NCBI GenBank assembly: GCA_001899255.1
Contig: MKVX01000023.1
Coordinates: 217,660 to 281,659, forward strand
Source: Rhizobiales bacterium 62-47
GTDB taxonomy: Bacteria > Pseudomonadota > Alphaproteobacteria > Rhizobiales > Xanthobacteraceae
Direction of reading: 5' to 3'
DNA length: 64,000 nt
A model generated the notes under the pieces. That model ran no database searches. It was not told the origin of the DNA and was given only the letters and a program-made list of their open reading frames with translations. A program made the translations under genes and the position numbers. This document shows, in pieces, positions 19,713 through 28,445 of the stretch (within the stretch, counting starts at the first letter, position 1; every line of letters begins with the position of its first letter).

Positions 19713-21023
19713 ATGACCGTCCAACGCAAAGCCCAGCAAGTCGAACTGGAACTGATCGCGAAATCCGCCCCTCCGGTTACGCTGGGCATGTCCGCCACCG
19801 CGTTGGCACGCGTCGAGGATCATCTCAAGCGGCGCTACATCGATAGCGGCCGTTTCCCCGGCACGCAGACGCTGATCTACCGCCGTGGCGCCATCGCCCA
19901 CAGCGCCGTGCAGGGCTACGCAGATCTCGAACGCAAAAAGCCGATGCAGGACGACACCATCTTCCGCATCTATTCGATGACCAAGCCGATTACCTCGGTG
20001 GCGTTCATGATGCTGGTCGAGGAAGGCCGCGTCGCGCTTGATGAGCCCGTGCACAAATACATCCCCCAATGGCAGGATTTGCGGGTGTTCCAGGCCGGCA
20101 CCACGCCGCCATTCCTGACCAGACCGGTGACGCGCCCGATGCAGATCGTCGATCTGCTGCGCCATACCTCGGGCCTGACCTACGGCTTCCAACAACGCTC
20201 CAATGTCGATGCCGCCTATCGTGCCAAGAAGATTGGCGAAGTCGAGAAGGCCGGCACCATGCAGTCGATGATCGACGACCTTGCCAGCATCCCGCTGGAG
20301 TTTTCGCCCGGCGAGGCGTGGAATTATTCCGTATCCACCGACGTGATCGGCTACCTGATCGAGAAGATCAGCGGCCAGCCATTCGAGCAATTCCTGCGCG
20401 AGCGCATCTTCCAGCCGCTCGGCATGCATGACACCGACTTCCACGTCCCGGCGGCCAAGGCGCATCGGTTCGCCGCTTGTTATAATGCGACGCCCGGCGG
20501 CATGGCGACGTTTCATTCACCCGGCGCCAAAGGCGGCCTGACACTGCAGGACGATCCCACAACCAGTTCGTTCCTCGAACCGCCATCATTCATTTCCGGC
20601 GGCGGCGGCTTGTGTTCGACGGCCGCCGACTATCTCACCTTCTGCCGTGCGCTGCTCAATCGCGGCGAACTCGGCGGCGTGCGCCTGCTTGCTCCCAAGA
20701 CGCTGGCGCTGATGACGACCAATCATCTGCCGGGCGGCAAGGATCTGACACAGCTTTCGCGCTCGCTGTTCAGCGAGGCCACCTACGCCGGAATCGGCTT
20801 CGGACTCGGTTTCTCGATCTCGATCGATCCCGCGCTGTCGCTAATCCCCGGCAGCCCCGGCGAATATGCCTGGGGCGGCGCGGCCACCACATCGTTCTGG
20901 ATCGACCCGGCCGAAGACTTGATCGCCATCTTCATGACGCAAGTGCTGCCGTCGAGCGCTTATCCGGTGCGGCGCGAGCTTCGCACATTGGTTTATTCGG
21001 CCATCACCGACAGCAACCTCTGA
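19713..21023 (+). CDS. serine hydrolase, beta-lactamase/penicillin-binding (class C-like esterase) family
   Basis: ATG at 19713 after GGAGA. Active-site S-x-x-K in FRIYSMTKPITS, a YS-type second motif region and a C-terminal WGGAATTSFWIDP. Confidence 0.85.
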   Translation: MTVQRKAQQVELELIAKSAPPVTLGMSATALARVEDHLKRRYIDSGRFPGTQTLIYRRGAIAHSAVQGYADLERKKPMQDDTIFRIYSMTKPITSVAFMMLVEEGRVALDEPVHKYIPQWQDLRVFQAGTTPPFLTRPVTRPMQIVDLLRHTSGLTYGFQQRSNVDAAYRAKKIGEVEKAGTMQSMIDDLASIPLEFSPGEAWNYSVSTDVIGYLIEKISGQPFEQFLRERIFQPLGMHDTDFHVPAAKAHRFAACYNATPGGMATFHSPGAKGGLTLQDDPTTSSFLEPPSFISGGGGLCSTAADYLTFCRALLNRGELGGVRLLAPKTLALMTTNHLPGGKDLTQLSRSLFSEATYAGIGFGLGFSISIDPALSLIPGSPGEYAWGGAATTSFWIDPAEDLIAIFMTQVLPSSAYPVRRELRTLVYSAITDSNL

Positions 21024-21247
21024 CGGCCGGACACATTCGGATCCCCGTGCTCCAGCCGCGATGGCGTCGAGCCCGGACCGAGTTGACAATTTCGCGAGGC
21101 CGCCCTGCGGCCCGCGAAATGCGTTGTGAAACGTAGGTTTCCCGTTATATCCGTGACCGCAGCCGCACTCCCGGCTACTTCACGGTTCCATTCGCTATTT
21201 CCGCCCAAGGGCCGGCAACGCGCTCAGACGCGTACTTCGGGTTCCGA

Positions 21248-23038
21248 ATGACTTATGCCGAAAAGCAGCAGCACCGAGCCTCGAAGTCTGCCACGGCGGG
21301 ATATCTGCTACCGGCCGTCCTGCGCAATTTCGTTCGTAATCGCGAGACCGGCGTCGTTACCGTCGCCATCGTCATCGGTGTTCTGAGCGGGTTGCTCGTC
21401 GCGACCATCGCGGCGCTCAGCGAATTCATTCACTCGGTCCTGTTCGCAATTCCGTTCGATGCACATTTGAGCGCGACCGGGACCATTTCCTGGCAACGCA
21501 CATTGTTCGTGCCGATTGCTGGCGGTGCCGTGTTGGCGGCATTGGCGTGGCTTGTCGGCACCAAGTTGAAAGGCCAGATGGCCGACGCCATCGAAGCCAA
21601 TGCGCTATTGGGCGGCCGGGTGTCGATGCGCGGCAGTCTGTTGATTTCGTTCCAGACCCTCATCTCCAATGGCTTCGGTGGCTCGGTCGGACTCGAGGCC
21701 GGATACACCCAGATTTGTTCAGCCTTCGGTTCGTATTTCGGCCGCAAGCTCGCAGCACGCCGCAGCGACATGCGCCTGCTTGTTGCCTGCGGCGCGGCGG
21801 GCGCCATCAGCGCTGCATTTTCCGCGCCACTGGCGGGATCGTTTTATGCGTTCGAGGTGATCCTCGGCGCTTACACCGCCGCCAATCTCATGCCGGTGGT
21901 CGCCAGCGCCGTTGCCGCGCTGCTGGTGGCGCGTTCGCTCAGCCACCCCTCGTTCCTGCAGATCGCAGGACACGCAACACCGGTTTCGATCGAACTCATC
22001 GGACAGGCGGCATTGATCGGCGTGATCTGCGCGCTCATGAGTATCGCATTGATGCTCGCGGTGGCTTTCTCCGAGCGGATCTTTCAGCGCTTGCGCTTTC
22101 TGCGCGGCTTGCGCCCGATCATCGGCGGCGCGTTGATCGGCGCCATGGCGTTGTTGACGCCGACCGTACTCGGCTCCGGTCACGGAGCCATGCAGTTGCT
22201 GCTGCTCAACAATCCCGGTTGGCTGCTGCTGTTCACCACCATCCTGCTGAAATCGATGGCGACAGCCGTGACGATCGGCTCCGGCTTTCGTGGCGGACTG
22301 TTTTTCGCATCGCTGCTGCTCGGCTCGCTGATCGGCATGCTCTACGCCACGCTCAGTGGCATGGTGCTGCCGGATGTAGCGCTGCCATCCGGCATCGCGG
22401 CAATTGCCGCTCTCGCGGCATTCGGCACCGGCGTGATCGGGGCGCCGTTCGCCATGATCTGTCTCGCGCTTGAGATCACCGGCGAGTTCTCGGTGACGGT
22501 CGGAGCCATCGTGGCCTCATCCGTGACGGCGCTGATCGTGCGTGAATTGTTCGGTTACAGTTTCGCGACGTGGCGCTTCCATCTGCGCGGCGAGGTCATC
22601 CGCGGACCGCAGGACATCGGTTGGGTGAAGCAGTTCAATGCCACCACATTGATGCGTTCCGACTTCGAAACCATTCCGGGCCAAACCACGGTCGACGAAG
22701 CGTTGAAGCTGTTTCAGCCTGGGCGTATCAAGTATCTGGTACTGCGTGCACCCGATGGGCGCTATGATGGCTTGGTATCAGTCGCCGAACTGCACTCGGC
22801 GGATATCCCGCCCGAGACACCTGTTGCATCGCTGGCGCATCAGCAGGAATCCTTCCTGCTGCCACTGACGTCGATCCGCGACATCATGAAGGCGTTCGAG
22901 AAAACCGAGGCCGACGTGCTGGCGGTGGTCGACAACGCCGCGGATCGCACCGTGATCGGCACCGTCAGCGAAGCGCATGTCCTGCGCACCTACGGCGAAG
23001 AACTCGAGCGGCGCAATCAGGAAATGTTCTTCCGGTAA
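21248..23038 (+). CDS. ClC-type voltage-gated chloride channel/antiporter with C-terminal CBS pair
   Basis: 596 aa. ClC selectivity motifs GGSVGLEAG, GSGFRGGLFFASL and GAPFA, followed by a soluble CBS-like tail. Confidence 0.9.
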   Translation: MTYAEKQQHRASKSATAGYLLPAVLRNFVRNRETGVVTVAIVIGVLSGLLVATIAALSEFIHSVLFAIPFDAHLSATGTISWQRTLFVPIAGGAVLAALAWLVGTKLKGQMADAIEANALLGGRVSMRGSLLISFQTLISNGFGGSVGLEAGYTQICSAFGSYFGRKLAARRSDMRLLVACGAAGAISAAFSAPLAGSFYAFEVILGAYTAANLMPVVASAVAALLVARSLSHPSFLQIAGHATPVSIELIGQAALIGVICALMSIALMLAVAFSERIFQRLRFLRGLRPIIGGALIGAMALLTPTVLGSGHGAMQLLLLNNPGWLLLFTTILLKSMATAVTIGSGFRGGLFFASLLLGSLIGMLYATLSGMVLPDVALPSGIAAIAALAAFGTGVIGAPFAMICLALEITGEFSVTVGAIVASSVTALIVRELFGYSFATWRFHLRGEVIRGPQDIGWVKQFNATTLMRSDFETIPGQTTVDEALKLFQPGRIKYLVLRAPDGRYDGLVSVAELHSADIPPETPVASLAHQQESFLLPLTSIRDIMKAFEKTEADVLAVVDNAADRTVIGTVSEAHVLRTYGEELERRNQEMFFR

Positions 23039-23085
23039 TTTTCCTCCGCCCGCCACCGGGCCGAGGATGGATCACCTCACGCGTC

Positions 23086-24141
23086 TTACGGCGTCAGCAC
23101 CGCACGGCCGACCAGCTTGCCGCTCTTGAGGTCGTTGAGCGCGGCATCGGCTTTGGCCAGCGGCATCGGCGTCACCGGAATCGGCGCAATCTTCTTGGTT
23201 CGCACCAGATCGAGCAATTCCTTGGTTTCACGCAAGTTGCCGACGTAGCTGCCCTGAATGGTGATCGCCTTGATCGGAATTAGCGGCAACGCCCATGTCG
23301 CGCCGCCGCCAAACAGACCAACCATGATCAGTTTGCCACCTTTGGCTAGACAATCGAACCCAAGCTGAGCGGTCTGCGCGTTGCCGACCAGATCGATCGC
23401 CGCGCGCACCGGGCCGCCTGCAATCTTGGCAATCTGCTCCAGCGCATCGGATGCCATTCCATCGACGGCGCCCAGCGCACCGGCCTGCACTGCCGCCTCG
23501 CGCTTGCGCGCATCGATATCGACGACGATGGCGCCCTTGCCGCCCATCGCCTTCAATAGCGACAGCGCCATCAGTCCGAGCCCGCCGGCACCGATGATGA
23601 CAATGGGCTCATTAAGATGCGCTTCGACCTTCTTGAGTGCGCTGTAGGTGGTCACACCGGAGCAGGCGTAGGGCGCGGCGGTAACGGGATCGAGCCCATT
23701 CAGGTTGATGAGATACTTCGCGTTGGGCACTGTCATGTGATCGGCATAACCGCCATCGCAATAGACGCCGAGCGAGTTCGGCGTCAGGCACATGTTTTCT
23801 TCGTCGGCAAGGCAGGTCGCGCATTTGCCGCAACCGAGCCATGGATAGACCAGACACACATCGCCGACCATGAGATCGGTCTTCGCGTCCGGCCCGATGG
23901 CCACGACTTCACCAACCGTCTCATGTCCCATGGTGCGCGGCAGCGACACGCCACGCTCTTTCAACGACAGCCGCGCACGGCCATGGCCGAGATCGTAGCC
24001 GCCTTCCCAGATATGGAGGTCGCTGTGACAAACGCCTGCTGCCTTGACCTTGATCAAGACCTGCGTGCCGGAGGGCTGCGGTGTGGGCTCGTTGACCTCG
24101 GTCAGCGGCGCATTGAAATCGGTGACTTTGAAACTTTTCAT
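23086..24141 (-). CDS. zinc-dependent medium-chain alcohol dehydrogenase
   Basis: 351 aa. Catalytic Zn motif GVCHSDLH..GHETVGEV, structural Zn Cys cluster GCGKCATCLADEENMC, and cofactor fold IIGAGGLG. Confidence 0.85.
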   Translation of the reverse strand: MKSFKVTDFNAPLTEVNEPTPQPSGTQVLIKVKAAGVCHSDLHIWEGGYDLGHGRARLSLKERGVSLPRTMGHETVGEVVAIGPDAKTDLMVGDVCLVYPWLGCGKCATCLADEENMCLTPNSLGVYCDGGYADHMTVPNAKYLINLNGLDPVTAAPYACSGVTTYSALKKVEAHLNEPIVIIGAGGLGLMALSLLKAMGGKGAIVVDIDARKREAAVQAGALGAVDGMASDALEQIAKIAGGPVRAAIDLVGNAQTAQLGFDCLAKGGKLIMVGLFGGGATWALPLIPIKAITIQGSYVGNLRETKELLDLVRTKKIAPIPVTPMPLAKADAALNDLKSGKLVGRAVLTP

Positions 24142-24231
24142 GGCATCTCTCCCTCAACGGTTCTTGTTATAAAGTGCTGTGACACGAAGCCGATTTCGCT
24201 TGCGTCAAAAGTATCGCGTCACCGATCGGCG

Positions 24232-25311
24232 TCAGAGTTCTGCAAGCACGGCCCTCGCGATATTGGCTGTACCATCCGCACCGCCGAACTCCATCGATCG
24301 GAGGCCACAGGCATAGGCTTTGTCAACCGCGCGCTCGATGCGCTGTGCCGCGCTGGCAGCCTCAGGCACGTCGTGTTTGTCAGCCAGCCAATCAAGCATC
24401 ATTGCAGCGGAGAGGATCATCGCCGTCGGATTGGCCTTGCCTTGGCCTGCGATATCCGGCGCGGTGCCGTGGCATGGCTGGAAGACCGCATGTCGATCGC
24501 CGATATCGGCCGACGGCGCCATGCCGAGTCCACCGACGAGTCCCGCAGTCAGGTCGGACAGGATGTCGCCAAACATGTTCTCCGTGACCATCACATCGAA
24601 ATCCCACGGCCGCCTGACGAGCTGCGCCGAGCAAGCGTCGACATATGTGCGCGCGGTTTCAACATCGGGATAGTGCGCCGCGGTGGCATCGAAGATGCCG
24701 CGAAAGAACGCAAATGCCTTGAAGACGTTGGCCTTGTCGACGCAGGTCAGCAGGCCTCGCCGCCCCTGCGCCCTGCGCCGTTGCGCCAGCCGGAACGAGA
24801 AGTCGAATAACCGCTGCGAGGTTTTGCGGGTGATGACCAGCGTCTCGCGCGCGTCGTCATCGGTGACGACGCCCTTACCCATCGAGGCGAACAGCCCTTC
24901 GGTGGATTCCCGAATCAGCACCAGATCGATGCCATGCTCTGCCGCGCCGACGATCGGGCTCGGCACGCCTGGGATCAATCGTGCCGGGCGAACGCCCGCA
25001 TAGAGATCGAATAGAAAGCGCAACTCGATCTGCGGCGTAATCTCGGTGTTGTCCGGATAACGCACATGCGGCAAACCGCAGGCGCCGAGCAGGATGGCAT
25101 CCGCCTCATCGCAAAGCCGCACCGTCGACTTGGGCATCGACGCCCCGGTTTCCAGATAGTGATTGGCGCCCGCCGCTGCTTCCGTGAAACGGAATTTGAG
25201 TTTCGATGTCGCCTCGATCTTGCGCAGGATTTCCAGCGCGGGGGCCATCACCTCGGGCCCGATGCCATCTCCGGCGAGGACAGCAATATGCAGCGCATCG
25301 TTGGCGGACAT
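24232..25311 (-). CDS. isocitrate/isopropylmalate dehydrogenase family enzyme (tartrate/D-malate/3-isopropylmalate dehydrogenase-like)
   Basis: 359 aa. Contains IAVLAGDGIGPEV, LIRESTEGLF, NMFGDILSDL and HGTAPDIAGQGKANP. Confidence 0.85.
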   Translation of the reverse strand: MSANDALHIAVLAGDGIGPEVMAPALEILRKIEATSKLKFRFTEAAAGANHYLETGASMPKSTVRLCDEADAILLGACGLPHVRYPDNTEITPQIELRFLFDLYAGVRPARLIPGVPSPIVGAAEHGIDLVLIRESTEGLFASMGKGVVTDDDARETLVITRKTSQRLFDFSFRLAQRRRAQGRRGLLTCVDKANVFKAFAFFRGIFDATAAHYPDVETARTYVDACSAQLVRRPWDFDVMVTENMFGDILSDLTAGLVGGLGMAPSADIGDRHAVFQPCHGTAPDIAGQGKANPTAMILSAAMMLDWLADKHDVPEAASAAQRIERAVDKAYACGLRSMEFGGADGTANIARAVLAEL

Positions 25312-25462
25312 GAAATCCCTTCACGAGATCGGATAGCGATCCCGTCAGGATTTGTAGCGCAATCGATCGATGCCACGCAATCGGGCTTGCGGGGAGCAGC
25401 CTTGCTTCAGTACCCGATGAAAACCCCGATACCGACGCTGCCTCGGATGCAAAGCCTTATCG

Positions 25463-26197
25463 TCAGCGCATCGTCCCCGCTTTAAATGAGCCAGCGCTCA
25501 GCGAGTTTGCAAATCTGTTGGGGGCGGAAACGCTTTCAAATCGCCCACCATCAAGCCTTCGATTAAAGTAACCGCTTAACCAGGTGAGCCTTGCGTCGAC
25601 GTCACGCGTGAGTCTCTCGCCCGTTATTCCCCACCAACTGAGGGGCCATACTCCCGCCGATACAATCTCAACCGACGCCCCTTTAAGCTCGACGCCGGGA
25701 CCTAATGTTTTTTGGGGGTTAAACGGATCAACCTTTTCGACCGTCGTCGGATCGTTGATGTCGCGGAAGTGCACAAGAAGCGGCAAATTTTTCAGCGGCA
25801 AATCGACCTTGCCGGAAAGCTGACCGACCTGCTTCACGCCCTTCTCGACAGGCGACGGGAGCGCACCTCCCGGCAGGTTGAACGCGCGCAAGACAATCCA
25901 TTCAGCGGAAGAACGACTGTCTTCTCCTTCCTTGAGGAGAGCGAACAGAGTTCCATGCGAACCGAGATCAAGCGCAACAGCCTCCCCCTGAACATCGATT
26001 GTGAACTCGGCGGACGATCCCAGAATTTGTGGGATTTTGCTGTAGCTGACTTCGATGACGCCAGAACCCACTTTCGGAACGCCATCAACCACAGCATTGA
26101 GCGTAAGATGATATCGCACAGTTACGCTGGGATATGCCGTGCGAAAGAGCCCGACGATGCCAACAATAACGATAACCAGCACGCCAAGCCACTTCAT
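25463..26197 (-). CDS. hypothetical membrane-anchored protein (no family recognised)
   Basis: 244-aa ORF. ATG at 26197 is preceded by AAGGA with 8-nt spacing. N-terminal anchor MKWLGVLVIVIVGIVGLF. Composition is visibly less GC-rich than the flanks. I could recognise no motif. Confidence 0.6.
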   Translation of the reverse strand: MKWLGVLVIVIVGIVGLFRTAYPSVTVRYHLTLNAVVDGVPKVGSGVIEVSYSKIPQILGSSAEFTIDVQGEAVALDLGSHGTLFALLKEGEDSRSSAEWIVLRAFNLPGGALPSPVEKGVKQVGQLSGKVDLPLKNLPLLVHFRDINDPTTVEKVDPFNPQKTLGPGVELKGASVEIVSAGVWPLSWWGITGERLTRDVDARLTWLSGYFNRRLDGGRFESVSAPNRFANSLSAGSFKAGTMR

Positions 26198-26269
26198 GCA
26201 CCGATCCTTGTGCTCGCGCAGATTCTGGTTTCACGGATGGTTGTCGACAAACCGCGCCAGCGATGAGCG

Positions 26270-28375
26270 CTAAACGGATTTCAGCAGATCTGCCTTGCGT
26301 ACCCAGACCTTGTTATCGTGGAACGCCGCACCGCCAAAGGGTGCGACGGCCTCGGCACCGGTCAGCATGTTGATGCCACGATTGCCGATGTGGGCGTGAT
26401 TGGGATGCACCGATTCAGCGATCATCACACCGCGCCGTACGCCTGCGAACAGTCGCGCCGTCAGCGTCGTTTCTCCGCGCATGTTGCCGAGGGTGACGAT
26501 ATCGCCGTCGGCAATCATCAGGCCTGCAGCATCGTCGGGATGCATCATCACCGAAGGCACGCCTTCGCGCGCTTTCGACGACGGCGTCTCGTTGAACGTG
26601 GTGTTGAGGAAACTCCGCGACGGACTGGTCGCCAGCCGGAACGGATGTTCGGCGTCCACTTCCTCGATCACCGCCCAATGATCCGGCAGACCGGGCATGC
26701 TGTCCCACTTGCCCATGCGATCGTTGACAGGCACCGGCACGTTGGGCCAATCGGCCTTGAAATGAAATTTCCCGTCGGTATGGGCGAAGCCGTCGAGAAA
26801 GTGCGAGGTGCGGAAGTCCGGCTGCAGATCGCGCCAGAGATCGTCGAGCAAGCCTTCAACGCTGCCCTGCCCGCTGGCGCGCAGGGTCGCATCGATCAGT
26901 TCGCGCGCGGTCATGTCGAAGGCCGGATGCCTGGCGCCGAGACGCTGCGCCAGTCCCTGCAGCACTTCGTGATTTGAGCGGCACTCGCCGGGCGGTTCGA
27001 TCAGCTTGGCGCCGACCGAGATATGTTGATGGCCGCCGCCGTAATACAGGTCGTCGTGCTCCATGAACATCGTCGCCGGCAGCACGATGTCGGCCATCTG
27101 CGCCGTCTCGGTCATGAACTGCTCGTGCACCACGGCGAACAGATCCTCGCGAGCAAAACCCTGCCGCACCAGTGCCTGCTCCGGCGCAACGGTGACCGGA
27201 TTGGTGTTCTGGATCAGCATCGCCTTCACGGGGCCACGGCCCTTAAGGGATTCCGCATCTCCTGTGAGGATACGGCCGATCTTGGATTGATCGAGTCGCC
27301 GCGTCGTCGGATCGATGGCGTCGAGACCTTCGATCAAAGTCTTGTCGAATTTCCAGATCGAACCGTTGTTGAAGAATGCGCCGCCGCCTTCGTACTGCCA
27401 GGCGCCGGTCACCGCCGGAATGCACAGCGCGGCATGCATCTGCGCAGCGCCATTGCGGCTGCGGGTGAAGCCATAACCGAGCCGGAAGTACGAACGCCTG
27501 ATTTCGCCGACCGCGCGCGCGAAAGCCTCGATCTCCGCGACCGGGACACCGCAGATCGCCGACGCCCATTCCGGCGTGCGCGATTGTAGATGTGCTTCAA
27601 GCTCGTCCGGACAATCGGTGTATTTGGCCAGATAGGCACGATCCGCGAAGCCGTCGCGAAACAGCACATGCATGACGCCGCAGGCGAACGCGCCATCGGT
27701 GCCGGGACGCAGGATGATCTTGATGTCCGCCTGCTTCATGGTCTCGTTGTCATAGACATCGACGGCGGCAATGCGCGCACCGCGCTCTTTACGCGCACGC
27801 GTGGCATGCGTCATGACGTTGACCTGGGTCGATACCGGATTGGTGCCCCAGATCACCACGAGGTCCGACTTCGCCATCTCGCGCGGATCGACGCCCATCA
27901 CCATGCCGGTGCCGGCTGCATATCCGGCCCAGGCAATCGTCGAGCAGATGGTGCTGTAGAAGCGCGAGTATTTCTTGACATGCGCGAGGCGATTGATGCC
28001 GTCGCGCATCACCAGCCCCATCGTCCCGGCATAGTAATATGGCCAGACCGACTCAGCGCCGAAATCACGTTCGGCGTCATTGAAGCGGGCGACGATCTCG
28101 TCGAGCGCTTCGTCCCACGAGATACGCGCGAACTGTCCCGATCCCTTGGGGCCGACGCGACGCAGCGGATGCGTGACACGATCAGGGTGATGGATGCGCT
28201 CGGCATAACGCCCGACCTTGGCGCACACCACACCGGCCGTGTAGCTCTGCAGTTTCGAGCCACGCACCCGGCCAATCGAGCGGCCGTCAATCACCTCGAC
28301 ATCGAGAGCGCAGGCCGAGGGACAATCGTGCGGACAGGTGGAGTGCCCAATCTGGATTTTGACGTTGGCGTTCAT
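26270..28375 (-). CDS. molybdopterin-dependent oxidoreductase (DMSO reductase superfamily), cytoplasmic type
   Basis: ATG at 28375 (MNANVKIQIGHSTCPHDCPSAC..VVCAKV) gives an N-terminal Fe-S Cys cluster. Long MopB core and a C-terminal molybdopterin dinucleotide-binding domain (IADGDIVTLGNMRGE). No twin-arginine leader. Confidence 0.85.
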   Translation of the reverse strand: MNANVKIQIGHSTCPHDCPSACALDVEVIDGRSIGRVRGSKLQSYTAGVVCAKVGRYAERIHHPDRVTHPLRRVGPKGSGQFARISWDEALDEIVARFNDAERDFGAESVWPYYYAGTMGLVMRDGINRLAHVKKYSRFYSTICSTIAWAGYAAGTGMVMGVDPREMAKSDLVVIWGTNPVSTQVNVMTHATRARKERGARIAAVDVYDNETMKQADIKIILRPGTDGAFACGVMHVLFRDGFADRAYLAKYTDCPDELEAHLQSRTPEWASAICGVPVAEIEAFARAVGEIRRSYFRLGYGFTRSRNGAAQMHAALCIPAVTGAWQYEGGGAFFNNGSIWKFDKTLIEGLDAIDPTTRRLDQSKIGRILTGDAESLKGRGPVKAMLIQNTNPVTVAPEQALVRQGFAREDLFAVVHEQFMTETAQMADIVLPATMFMEHDDLYYGGGHQHISVGAKLIEPPGECRSNHEVLQGLAQRLGARHPAFDMTARELIDATLRASGQGSVEGLLDDLWRDLQPDFRTSHFLDGFAHTDGKFHFKADWPNVPVPVNDRMGKWDSMPGLPDHWAVIEEVDAEHPFRLATSPSRSFLNTTFNETPSSKAREGVPSVMMHPDDAAGLMIADGDIVTLGNMRGETTLTARLFAGVRRGVMIAESVHPNHAHIGNRGINMLTGAEAVAPFGGAAFHDNKVWVRKADLLKSV

Positions 28376-28445
28376 GGGTGACCCGATAGCATAGGCAAGT
28401 GGACCAAGCAGTACATTCCCGGGACAGTCGGCATCGACGCAAACC

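Noticed and set aside
21024-21247. Possible fluoride riboswitch upstream of the ClC gene
   Set aside because: The channel is a long CBS-domain ClC rather than the short fluoride-specific type. I could not find the conserved fluoride-riboswitch core in the leader, only a simple hairpin.
23617-24810. 397-aa plus-strand ORF spanning the ADH and dehydrogenase genes on the opposite strand
   Set aside because: It crosses an intergenic gap and two well-supported minus-strand genes. The translation is low-complexity.
26270-28375. Possible selenocysteine (in-frame TGA) in the molybdoenzyme
   Set aside because: The reading frame is uninterrupted from ATG 28375 to the stop, so no in-frame TGA is needed.
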